From: Fibrobacterota bacterium
GTDB lineage: Bacteria; Fibrobacterota; Chitinivibrionia; Chitinivibrionales; FEN-1185
Direction: 5' to 3'
NCBI GenBank assembly: GCA_003165595.1
Contig: PLWQ01000019.1
Span: 11,341-75,340, forward strand
Length of the DNA stretch: 64,000 nt
The translations under genes and the position numbers were made by a program. This document shows positions 9,101 to 16,374 of the stretch, piece after piece. A model generated the notes under the pieces. It saw only the letters and a program-made list of their open reading frames with translations. It made no database searches and had not been told where the DNA came from. How positions within the stretch are numbered: position 1 is the stretch's first letter; each line of letters opens with the position of its first letter.

Positions 9101-9298
9101 CGCATTATAATACAGGTCATACGAGGACGCTCCGTCAACCGTAGTCCAGAATACGGTGGCGGTGCCGTCTCCCGGCGTCACGCCGGTAATTGCGGGAGCC
9201 GGCGTCGGCAGCACGCCCAGATCTCCCGGCAGTTTTGCGCATCCGAAAAACAACGGGAACAACAACAAGAGCCACGGAACGCAGGACGATCGTGTCAT
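6119..9298 (-). CDS. Large surface lipoprotein: 3x FN3, 2x FISUMP (Fibrobacter succinogenes major paralogous domain), Ig-like domain, C-terminal FGE-sulfatase (SUMF1) domain
   Basis: Lipobox LFFGC. FN3-like repeats read ...GDG..TV.W..V.GASSY.LYY..GTT. The FISUMP text TDTDGNVY.TV.IGTQ.W...NLKT..YNDG.PIP...APKGWHVPTDS.W...GYSVRCVKN occurs twice. The Ig-like segment is APTITLQPQSQAV...YQWF...AGTYTVRV. FGE-type motifs are WEYACRAG, GLYDMTGDVWQWCNDW and RIVRGGSW. Confidence 0.9.
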   Translation of the reverse strand: MTRSSCVPWLLLLFPLFFGCAKLPGDLGVLPTPAPAITGVTPGDGTATVFWTTVDGASSYDLYYNAGTTIDIASAIKLSGVNSPKLVIGLTNGTTYAFAVSTVNGAGESKLSVVQTTIPQAALVIPSAPAISNATAGDGSVTVSWNTVSGASSYNLYYAAGTTVPLTTATKLAGVTSPKQVTGLTNGTQYAFAVSAVNASGESVLSAVLTATPQAGGDTGTVTDTDGNVYQTVTIGTQIWMKENLKTTRYNDGSPIPLVTANVAWSNLAAGGYCWYDDSATYGNSFGALYNGYVVQTGKLAPKGWHVPTDSEWLVLTAFVGGLNAAGGPLKETGTAHWAPPNIAASNTSGFSALGGGYRFGNGSFSNVDSGGYWWSSARNSTSGLWRLVVSYIFEYVLNDSVPTAYYTWGYSVRCVKNTNPTSPSAPVMDSAVAAGAGVTISWNTVSGATSYNLYYKAGTTVDKTTGTKVTGVTSPKQVTTLTNGTQYAFAVSAVNAAGESGLSAVATATPQATATAPTITLQPQSQAVPAGRSMTLSVTATGASPLSYQWFLGGNAISGATSSSYSILSVQTTNAGTYTVRVSNGNLPNATSNGALVTVISTGAVTDTDGNVYDAVTIGTQVWTVQNLKTRKYNDGAPIPLVTDNAAWAALTTPGYCWYENETPAGLSKRTQIPTNIYGALYNGYAVSTGKLAPKGWHVPTDSDWITLTTFLGGESVAGGPLKEAGTADFASPNVGATNSTGFTALPCGTRSIDGTYYGVYNDGDWWSSTVYNITSPWSCNMNCRSAAATRNASNFIDGYSVRCVKNTNANPPALSGLQRPIVMKNIPAGMFVMGSDSSDDYEAAPPHQVTLSAFAMQETDVTQEQYQAVMGTNPAYYTGNLLKPVEQVTWYDAIQFCNALSKLTGLDTVYNTNTGAADFTKDGYRLPTEAQWEYACRAGSATEYWWGPDTTGIDARAWTYSNSPNLTQPVATKLANAWGLYDMTGDVWQWCNDWLGPYAAPPATNPTGATSGSSRIVRGGSWFDDKVGFVIYRSAFRGVDTPTKRTYDYGFRVVLPR

Positions 9299-9327
9299 GA
9301 AAGTATCCTTTGGCTACAGTCCCTTTG

Positions 9328-10491
9328 TCAAAATGCGAAACTGATTGCAAATCCGGCCGCGAATACGCCGGCGGCGATATAACACACATTTCTGATTGTG
9401 TTGAAATTCCGCGCATCTGCGGCGTTCGTGTTGAGTTGGCCCTGATAATCACTCGTATTGGAATAGCCGGAATTCACGTACTGCTTTTTCAAATCCGCGT
9501 CATGGTTGATTCTATCCTGTTCCATGGAGTTGAACACCACGCCCGCGACCGCTGACCCGGCGGCTAGCAGGCCGAAAACAATCTTTGGGGCAACGCTGTG
9601 CTTTTTGCGCGGTTCGCCTGAGCCCTTCGCCGCTACGGTCTTCACCGGTGCGGGCTTTGCAGCCTCAGCCGCCGTCCTGCCGGCGGATTCGACGGAATCC
9701 TTCCAGACTTTTGTATGGTTCAGGTTGAACGTGTCGGCCACCTGCTCACCGGAAGAAACGGAAACGACCGTATCGAGCCCATTGTATCCGTCAAGCTGGA
9801 TGGCGAGGGAATGGCTGCCGGCGTCCAGCGTGTCCCTGGAGTACGGTGTCACACCATTGTCAACCTTGTCCACAAAGATCCTCGCTCCGGGAGGAACGGT
9901 CCGGACGCGCAGGGAGCCTGGGGCCGGGGACGGGGCTTCCGGAGGCGCCATTGAAGCCACTGCGCCGCTTTTGCCCGTGCTCGCGGCTATCTTTTCGGCA
10001 ATCGAAGGAACGGACTTCGTGAGAACGTCTTCGATGGAGCACCGGCAATCGACGCTGGTTGTGTAGATGATCTGGGCGGTCCGTACGTCTATGATGCGGA
10101 TATCGAGCGTATACATGCTTCCGAGTTTGCCCACGGTGCCGGCAACGATCTGTGAAACGCCGAGAACCTGGCCTATCTCCACCAGGCATTGGTCGGAGGT
10201 GCAGCCGGCGTGCTGAAAGCCCTGTTCCTTGAGAATGTCCTGCATTGATTGACGTTCGAGAACATTGAACGTGCCGGCCTTGAACAGATTGGTGCGCAGC
10301 CGGTCGCTCACGATGGCAGCCGATTCCTGGTCCACGCCCCGGCCGACGAGATCGGAAACCGCAATGTTCGTCTTGGTTTGCGATGAAGCCCCCAATGCAA
10401 AAAGGTTCAGAAGAAGAAGACCGTTGTAAAGGAAAGATGATTTCAGGCGCACGGGAGCCCGGGAAAAATGCAAACGCAGTGTTTCCATCAT
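9328..10491 (-). CDS. Membrane-anchored protein with a CsgG/LpoB-like N-terminal domain and a PEGA domain
   Basis: Start chosen at MMETLRLHF (10491). Signal-like region, then IAVSDL..RGVD...VSDRLRT.L...G.F.VLER, a PEGA block LRVRTVPPGARIFVDKVDNGVTPY, and two C-terminal TM segments. The stop lies 29 bp from the start of the next gene. Confidence 0.75.
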   Translation of the reverse strand: MMETLRLHFSRAPVRLKSSFLYNGLLLLNLFALGASSQTKTNIAVSDLVGRGVDQESAAIVSDRLRTNLFKAGTFNVLERQSMQDILKEQGFQHAGCTSDQCLVEIGQVLGVSQIVAGTVGKLGSMYTLDIRIIDVRTAQIIYTTSVDCRCSIEDVLTKSVPSIAEKIAASTGKSGAVASMAPPEAPSPAPGSLRVRTVPPGARIFVDKVDNGVTPYSRDTLDAGSHSLAIQLDGYNGLDTVVSVSSGEQVADTFNLNHTKVWKDSVESAGRTAAEAAKPAPVKTVAAKGSGEPRKKHSVAPKIVFGLLAAGSAVAGVVFNSMEQDRINHDADLKKQYVNSGYSNTSDYQGQLNTNAADARNFNTIRNVCYIAAGVFAAGFAISFAF

Positions 10492-10572
10492 GACAAAACC
10501 CTTTTGGGAAGGTATCTGTACGTAAATGCCGATTTTTCTCTGGAGTAAGACCTCGGGCTGTAACAGAATACG

Positions 10573-10601
10573 ATTGTAACACGGCTTGTTAAAAAAGACA
10601 A
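10573..10601 (-). promoter_or_regulatory. Candidate promoter for the PEGA/lipoprotein operon
   Basis: On the minus strand, TTGTCT, a 17-bp spacer, then TACAAT, about 80 bp upstream of the start at 10491. Confidence 0.3.
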
Positions 10602-10704
10602 GGTATTTAGTCAACAGGAGAGGATGCTGGAACAATCTGTTCTTGTCATTTTGAGGTGAGGAAATGAAGAATCTGCCAGCGTGTGAGGGTACGGGGCCGG
10701 CTCG

Positions 10705-11121
10705 TCACGCCGCCAGAAAATCTCTCCAATTATCGACTCTGGTCTCCGCACCGCATTTGTAACAAATCAGAGTCACTTCTTCGCCCAGAAACTGCCTTGT
10801 TGGTTGTCCCCCGGCCAGAATTTTATCGGTAAATTTTGCTTTGTAATTTTCCGCGGTTCGAACCTGACGGCCGCATTTCGGGCATTTAAGCCTGTTCTCG
10901 GCGACAGCTTCCAACAGTTCGGGGCATGGGCTGGTGCCGGTGTCGCGGTTGCCGGGGTTTTTGAAAGTGACCAGCCTTAGCGACCGGTCCCTCGACACTT
11001 CTTGATACTTAGGGTTGTCGCGAAGCCAGTCCATGATTATTTGATCAAAAGGAACCGGGCTTTCGCGAAAAGTAACAGCCGCCTCGGGGGCAAACGTTAC
11101 GGGTGGAGTTCCAAGGTTCAT
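10705..11121 (-). CDS. Hypothetical zinc-ribbon protein
   Basis: Start at MNLGTPP (11121). Two CxxC pairs (CPKCGRQV ... CYKCGAET). The upstream part of the long ORF is compositionally odd and was trimmed. Confidence 0.55.
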   Translation of the reverse strand: MNLGTPPVTFAPEAAVTFRESPVPFDQIIMDWLRDNPKYQEVSRDRSLRLVTFKNPGNRDTGTSPCPELLEAVAENRLKCPKCGRQVRTAENYKAKFTDKILAGGQPTRQFLGEEVTLICYKCGAETRVDNWRDFLAA

Positions 11122-11445
11122 GATTTTCCCCTTTACAACAATATATATGCGGCCTCCCCGGATCTTTGTGTTTCTCAAGAACAACGGCTTGAGCCAAAAA
11201 AGGTGATGTCTTTGCGGTGCGGCTGTGGAGTAAACAACCACGGCCAGAGACCGTGGCATTATTTCACCCCTGAAAGGGGTGGGCAGTTCAAAGTCGACAG
11301 TGGAAGTTATTGGAGAAACGCCCGATAGCAAGGGCGTGTTACAATCGGCCCGATGCCCAACTCCTCACCTACTTGTTGCGGCAGGCGTGCCCGCCCTGCA
11401 CGCGCTCAGCAATCCCAAATCGTATCCCGGATTCACGGACTTCTG

Positions 11446-12498
11446 TCAGCGGACAACCATTTTTCCCGCGCCCAAAATCCCCTTGCCTCCCTTGATAGCA
11501 AATAGGTAAATGCCTTTTGACAAACGCTCCATGATATGCCCGTGCGCAAGACCGGCGGGGCCGGATTGCAAAGACGTGACAGCGGCGACTCTTCCGTCCA
11601 AATCATAGACAACGAACGAAAGTTTTTCCAAGGTCATGGACGAGGGGACCTTTATCGCAACAGAATTGTCAATTTGAGAAACTACCGTGAGATTTGTCGC
11701 TTCTCCCGCTCCATTCCCGATGGTCCTGATAACGGCGGACGGCGCAGGCTCCAGAAAAGTAACCACACTGTTTAGAACGGAAATGCCGCCTACCGTGGTA
11801 GCTATTCTCGATATCGAGAAGCTTGTATTCTTCGGCAGAGTCGTGTCTTCCCAACTGAAATTCGTCGTAGTCATCGTATATGCCGAAGTGAGCACCGTGC
11901 CCAGCCAGGTCGAGTCGGTTTGTGTAGTTACACTTTTGAAACGCAGTGCTTGGGAAAAAGTCTTCCAGGGCAACACGAGTTTTCCTGTGCCATCGAACGT
12001 TACCGTTCTTATCCCGTCGATTTTCGACACAAGTGCCGTATTCAAAGCCGGGGTGGTGTCGCGGTACCCGAAGACGTCGGTGAATGAATTACCAAATGCA
12101 AGTGTGCGTAAGTCCATCAATTCCGGATTGAAATAGACAACGGTTTGAAGGCTGTCGGCAAACCCCAAAAGCATGAGGCTATCGTTGGCAATATGGTAAT
12201 AGGTGTACTCGGTAAGGGTACCCCGGGAAAGGAGGGCGTCGGTTGCCGACGGGAATTTCGAGAAATAGGGAGTGCCTGCCGCCGGGAGCGCCTGGGCATC
12301 TGAGTTTATGGTATCGCGTACCGTCAACGGAATCGTCCAAGTCACGTTGGCGCCGGCAGGGCCTTCCGAAACCCCGGCCGTATCGCAACTTACCGAAAGG
12401 ATTTTTCCCGCGCCAAACAATCCCTGACTGAATGGTTGGGCCTTGACAATAAGCACCGTTGCCGTCAATAGAATTATTCCAACGTTCCGGATATGCAT
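11446..12498 (-). CDS. Secreted protein with a T9SS-type C-terminal sorting domain
   Basis: Start MHIRNVGIILLTATVLIVKAQ, preceded by GGGAGG. The C-terminal beta-sandwich tail LSFVVYDLDGRVAA...LSKGIYLFAIKGG is typical of Por/T9SS CTDs. Confidence 0.75.
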   Translation of the reverse strand: MHIRNVGIILLTATVLIVKAQPFSQGLFGAGKILSVSCDTAGVSEGPAGANVTWTIPLTVRDTINSDAQALPAAGTPYFSKFPSATDALLSRGTLTEYTYYHIANDSLMLLGFADSLQTVVYFNPELMDLRTLAFGNSFTDVFGYRDTTPALNTALVSKIDGIRTVTFDGTGKLVLPWKTFSQALRFKSVTTQTDSTWLGTVLTSAYTMTTTNFSWEDTTLPKNTSFSISRIATTVGGISVLNSVVTFLEPAPSAVIRTIGNGAGEATNLTVVSQIDNSVAIKVPSSMTLEKLSFVVYDLDGRVAAVTSLQSGPAGLAHGHIMERLSKGIYLFAIKGGKGILGAGKMVVR

Positions 12499-12751
12499 CG
12501 TGCCTCCCTTCGCATCTTTTTGAGGTAGGAAAATCCTCTCCTGGAACACCTTTCCGCGCCTTCAGATGTTGTAAATCAAATTAACAGATCATAAGGAAGC
12601 AACTACGATGCCATTCAAGATCGAGGGTGAAAAAGGGGGGTGAAACGACGGTGATGTTGGCCGTTCACGGGGGTGCGCTCGGTTCCCGTATGGAGCGCGA
12701 GACTTTTGGCAGGAATGATTATTGATTCCCGGATTCACCATTGATTTTGTC

Positions 12752-12790
12752 CAGCGCGAACAAGCATCAGAGGGAAGCCTGGTTCTTTAC
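12752..12790. repeat. Short dispersed repeat, copy 1
   Basis: CAGCGCGAACAAGCATCAGAGGGAAGCCTGGTTCTTTAC matches 20029-20075, which has 2 substitutions and an 8-bp insertion. Confidence 0.7.
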
Positions 12791-12948
12791 CGGCGGGTCA
12801 CGCGCCGTTTCTTGAGACGGGAGAACAATGGCATGGTAATAGCTGGCTCTTACATTCAGCGGAACCGGCTGCGCCGCCCAAGGATGTTCCATAGGAGCGT
12901 TGTCGGCCGCAGGAAGAAATTGTTTGTTGCTTGAAAGAAGGAGAAACA

Positions 12949-13140
12949 ATGGAAGCCGCCGTGGACAGGAAGAGATGCCTCGGGTGTGAATCATGCTCGC
13001 AAATTTGCCCGGCGGTTTTTTCGATGGGTGAAGACGGTTTTGCTCTGGGCCCCTCGCGGCCCGTCAAGCCGGAACACGAAGACATTTGCAGGCTGGCCGA
13101 CGAGAACTGCCCGATGGAAGCGATCCTCATCACGGAGTAA
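12949..13140 (+). CDS. Small ferredoxin (single [4Fe-4S]/[3Fe-4S] type)
   Basis: ATG at 12949 preceded by AAGGAG. Motifs CLGCESCSQICP ... CPMEAI. Confidence 0.8.
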   Translation: MEAAVDRKRCLGCESCSQICPAVFSMGEDGFALGPSRPVKPEHEDICRLADENCPMEAILITE

Positions 13141-13250
13141 GCGACCGCCGCCATAGGCACAGCCACAAAAGGAAATTCGAGGTAGCGCGTAATGAATGCG
13201 TCAGCCGCGCCGCCCAACAAAACCATATCCCCGGAACCAAGGAGTTCCCC

Positions 13251-13442
13251 ATGAAGGTTTCAATCGACGAAACATTATGTACAGGGTGTGAATTGTGCGT
13301 GGACATTTGCCCGCTGGTCTTTACAATGGAAGAGGGCCCTTGTCCCAAAGCTCCGCCATGGCCCGTTCCTGCAGAGCACGAACCGTGCTGCGCCGATGCC
13401 GCGGGGCGTTGTCCGGTGGAGGCGATAGCGGTGGCGGAGTGA
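13251..13442 (+). CDS. Small ferredoxin (paralogue of the preceding gene)
   Basis: ATG at 13251 preceded by AAGGAG. Motifs CTGCELCVDICP ... CPVEAI. Confidence 0.85.
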   Translation: MKVSIDETLCTGCELCVDICPLVFTMEEGPCPKAPPWPVPAEHEPCCADAAGRCPVEAIAVAE

Positions 13443-13721
13443 TACTGGCGAAAGGCAGGTCGGGTGATCAAGCATTACCCAGGCCGGCATTTTTGGGGAA
13501 TACCTTGTTTACATGACCATCGAGAATGCGGTTTTCCAGGATTCAAGCAAGCACAATCTCTTCATAAACCATCTTATCTTGCAAAGCTGAACTTGACAAT
13601 TGTGGGGAGGGTTTTGCCCGGCATTCCCACTGTGCCGGCGCCTGCCGCGTATTCCTTGCATTGTCTGCACATCAATTGTAGAATTGATGGTTCAGATCCC
13701 TTGCCTAAACCAGGAGAATCC

Positions 13722-13877
13722 GTGAAAACGTTCAAGGTTACGCTAAAGGACAGGCCGGAGCCCGAGATAATTAATGCTGAAAAATGCAAGGTATCTTTGG
13801 ACCAAATTTATTTTGGTGATAGGGACACAATTTTCCTTTTGGAAAATGTCATCTCGGTGGAGAAACTTTCCGTCTGA
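13722..13877 (+). CDS. Candidate small protein (51 aa), unknown function
   Basis: GTG start 5 nt after AGGAGA. Protein-like text VKTFKVTLKDRPEPEIINAEKCKVSLDQIYFGDRDTIFLLENVISVEKLSV. The upstream extension of the ORF is not protein-like. Confidence 0.3.
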   Translation: MKTFKVTLKDRPEPEIINAEKCKVSLDQIYFGDRDTIFLLENVISVEKLSV

Positions 13878-13953
13878 TCTCTCGCTCCATTTTTCACGCT
13901 GCACCCGGCCGGCAATCCGAAATGCCTGCGAGCAGTTCCCGCCCCGGCTCCAA

Positions 13954-14973
13954 CTAGACCCTCATCACCCTTCTCCTGCTGTCTTCAACGTATCCCAGAC
14001 CGCCCCACATGGCGATGGCGTGGACGGGGCAGGTATTGAGGCAGAGGCCGCAGCCGATGCACTTTTCCTTGTTGACAACATGGCGGCGTCCCTTTTCTCC
14101 GGCGATGGCATCGGTGGGGCACGAAGGCACGCAGTCGCCGCAGCCGGTGCAATTGGCGTCGATGTTCACCTTCGGGCGGAATTTGACGAGATCGACAAAA
14201 CAGTTGGACGGACAGGTGTGTGCGGCTACGACGAAGTTCTCCCCAAGAGAGTAGTCAAGCACGGGAAGGTTGTTTCCCATGGTGATGGCGCCGGAGGGAG
14301 TTGCCTTGACGCACAGAGTACAGGCGGTACAGCCGACGGCGCAATATTTCTTGACGCGCGTACCGCGGTCGTGGTTGACGCACGAGAGATATATCTTGTG
14401 CACCCTTGGAATCAGGTCGATGACGCTTCGTGGGCAGGCGCGCACGCACAACCCGCAGCCGGTGCAGGCGTCCGGGTCCACCACGGCGACCCCGTTGCCG
14501 CTCACGTGAATCGCGTCGAAGGGACACGCGGTAACGCAGCTTTCAAGGCCAAGGCAGCTATCGGCGCAGGTCTTGTGGCCGTTGCCCGCAAGGATTGCCG
14601 CATGGCAATCCTTGATACCGTCGTACACGCAACGGTGCGCCGCCTCCTTGTCGCCGCCCTTGCAGTGGACAACGGCCATCACGGGGTCCAGCGGCGTTAT
14701 TGCTATCCCCAGGATGTCGGCGATTTCATGCGCGGATTTGGCTCCTCCGGGAATGCAGCCTGTGGCTTCGGCCTTGCCTTCGGCGACCGCGCGCGCAAAG
14801 TCGGCGCAGGTGGCATACCCACATGCGCCGCAATCGACGTTCGGCAGCGCGAGGATGATCTTTTTAATATTCGCGTCGGCATGGGCGTAGGAAGTTCTCG
14901 ACAAGGCTCCGAGCGCGGCGCCGAAAATGAGACCGAGAATCCCGAGAAAGAGGAGCGGAAGTGTAATCGCCAT
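13954..14973 (-). CDS. rnfB: Rnf complex subunit B (long polyferredoxin form)
   Basis: N-terminal TM helix, a CGACGYATC cluster, then several CxxCxxCxxxCP ferredoxin motifs. It is the last gene of the rnf operon. Confidence 0.9.
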   Translation of the reverse strand: MAITLPLLFLGILGLIFGAALGALSRTSYAHADANIKKIILALPNVDCGACGYATCADFARAVAEGKAEATGCIPGGAKSAHEIADILGIAITPLDPVMAVVHCKGGDKEAAHRCVYDGIKDCHAAILAGNGHKTCADSCLGLESCVTACPFDAIHVSGNGVAVVDPDACTGCGLCVRACPRSVIDLIPRVHKIYLSCVNHDRGTRVKKYCAVGCTACTLCVKATPSGAITMGNNLPVLDYSLGENFVVAAHTCPSNCFVDLVKFRPKVNIDANCTGCGDCVPSCPTDAIAGEKGRRHVVNKEKCIGCGLCLNTCPVHAIAMWGGLGYVEDSRRRVMRV

Positions 14974-14975
14974 GG

Positions 14976-15596
14976 CTACCCGCCGATTCCTTTAAGAATG
15001 TGAAATCCGCTGAATCCCAGGAATGCAAGCGACAACAGGCCGGCGCTTAAGAAAGCGGCCGGCAGTCCCCGGAGAGGGCGGGGCAATTCGGCGTATTCGA
15101 GCCGTTCCCGTATCGCAACCATCAGCACGAGCGCAAGTGTGTAACCCACGCCCGTGGCGCAGCCATTGACAAATGCAGACACCAGCGTCATGGGGCGGTT
15201 GGTGATCGGATTTGCCTGTACCGCCATGAGCGCCGCCGCGATAACAACGCAATTGGACGCCAGCATCGGAAGATAGACCCCGGTCCGTTCGTGCAGGGCC
15301 GGAGATAGTTTTTGCAGCGCCATTTCAGCGATCAAGGTGAGCGACACGATGACCATGACAAATACGAAAATCTGCAGGTACTCTGCCCTCAGGGGCAGCA
15401 GAATACCGTGGTCGATGATCCACGCAAGGGCCGATGCGATCGCCATCACCACCGTTGCCGACAAACCCATGCCCAGAGCGCCCGGCAGCTTGTATGCCGC
15501 GCCGCACAGGGGGCATACGCCGATGCAGCGCGACAGCACGATGTTATTCACGAGGATCGATGCGACGGAAAGTTCGAGCAACGGACCGGCGTTCAT
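14976..15596 (-). CDS. rnfA: Rnf complex subunit A
   Basis: Start MNAGPLLELSVASILVNNIVL. Polytopic RnfA/NqrE-type sequence. The start overlaps the rnfE stop (TAATG). Confidence 0.9.
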   Translation of the reverse strand: MNAGPLLELSVASILVNNIVLSRCIGVCPLCGAAYKLPGALGMGLSATVVMAIASALAWIIDHGILLPLRAEYLQIFVFVMVIVSLTLIAEMALQKLSPALHERTGVYLPMLASNCVVIAAALMAVQANPITNRPMTLVSAFVNGCATGVGYTLALVLMVAIRERLEYAELPRPLRGLPAAFLSAGLLSLAFLGFSGFHILKGIGG

Positions 15597-16195
15597 TATG
15601 CCTTTTCCTTTCCTTTTTGCGCCATGAAGTAATTGTACAGTCCAAGCACAAACGCAAGGCTGAAAAACGCGCCGCACGCGGTGGTAAGCGCGAGGAACGG
15701 CTGGTGGCCCGGAATCACTTTCTGACCCATCAGGCTGAAATTACCGAACAGTTCCCGTATCATGGAGCAGGCGAGAAGCGCAACGGTAAATCCGATCCCG
15801 ACAACAATGGCGTCGAGCAGGGAGGCAATCGGTTTATTCTTGGCCGCAAAGGCGTCCGCTCTGTTGAGAATGAGACAATTGACCGCGATAAGAGGAACGT
15901 AGATTCCGAGCGCGGCGCTAAAATGCGGGGACCTGTTTAGAAGCAGCATGTTGGCCATGGATGCGAAAGCGGTTATGATAAGGATCTGGCAGGGAATCCG
16001 CACCCGCTGCGCAATGAGGTTCCGCGTAATCGAAACCGCCAGGTTCGATGCCGCAAGAACGGCCATCACCAGGCCGCTCATGACAAGCGCGTCGGCCATG
16101 GTTGCGGTCACGGCAAGGGCCGGGCACACGCCAAGGGCAACCCGGAACACCGGGTTTTGGGCAAAAATGCCTCGTCCGAATTCGCCTGCCGTCAT
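15596..16195 (-). CDS. rnfE: Rnf complex subunit E
   Basis: NPVFRVALGVCPALAVT and YVPLIAVNCLILNRA are typical of RnfE/NqrD. Confidence 0.9.
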   Translation of the reverse strand: MTAGEFGRGIFAQNPVFRVALGVCPALAVTATMADALVMSGLVMAVLAASNLAVSITRNLIAQRVRIPCQILIITAFASMANMLLLNRSPHFSAALGIYVPLIAVNCLILNRADAFAAKNKPIASLLDAIVVGIGFTVALLACSMIRELFGNFSLMGQKVIPGHQPFLALTTACGAFFSLAFVLGLYNYFMAQKGKEKA

Positions 16196-16374
16196 TTGAC
16201 CTCCGCCGGATGAGACGCAGCACTGTCTTTTGCCAAAGTCACCCCGTTTGAGGCGGAGGAGGCCGCGCCGCCGGGTGCGCTTGCACTGAGCGACGCATGA
16301 GTCAAGATGATGAGCATTCCCGCAAACACCGCAACTCCCATCATTGCGAGGGCCGACTTCACAACGTCATTCAC
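16192..16374 (-). CDS. 60-aa membrane ORF in the rnfG position (one TM helix plus an Ala/Ser-rich tail, no FMN-binding domain)
   Basis: GTG start overlaps the rnfD stop by 8 nt, and the stop overlaps the rnfE start (ATGA). TM helix ALAMMGVAVFAGMLIIL. Only 180 bp separate rnfD from rnfE. Confidence 0.55.
   Translation of the reverse strand: MNDVVKSALAMMGVAVFAGMLIILTHASLSASAPGGAASSASNGVTLAKDSAASHPAEVK

Noticed and set aside
13464-13721. N-terminal extension making a 137-aa ORF downstream of the ferredoxins
   Set aside because: It has no ATG, an implausible Cys/His/Pro-rich and non-periodic sequence, and no RBS. Only the 3' 51 codons, which follow an AGGAGA site, look coding.
13774-15003. 409-aa plus-strand ORF over rnfB
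   Set aside because: It is antisense to rnfB, whose Cys motifs are unambiguous, and it is Ala/Gly/Val/His-rich filler.
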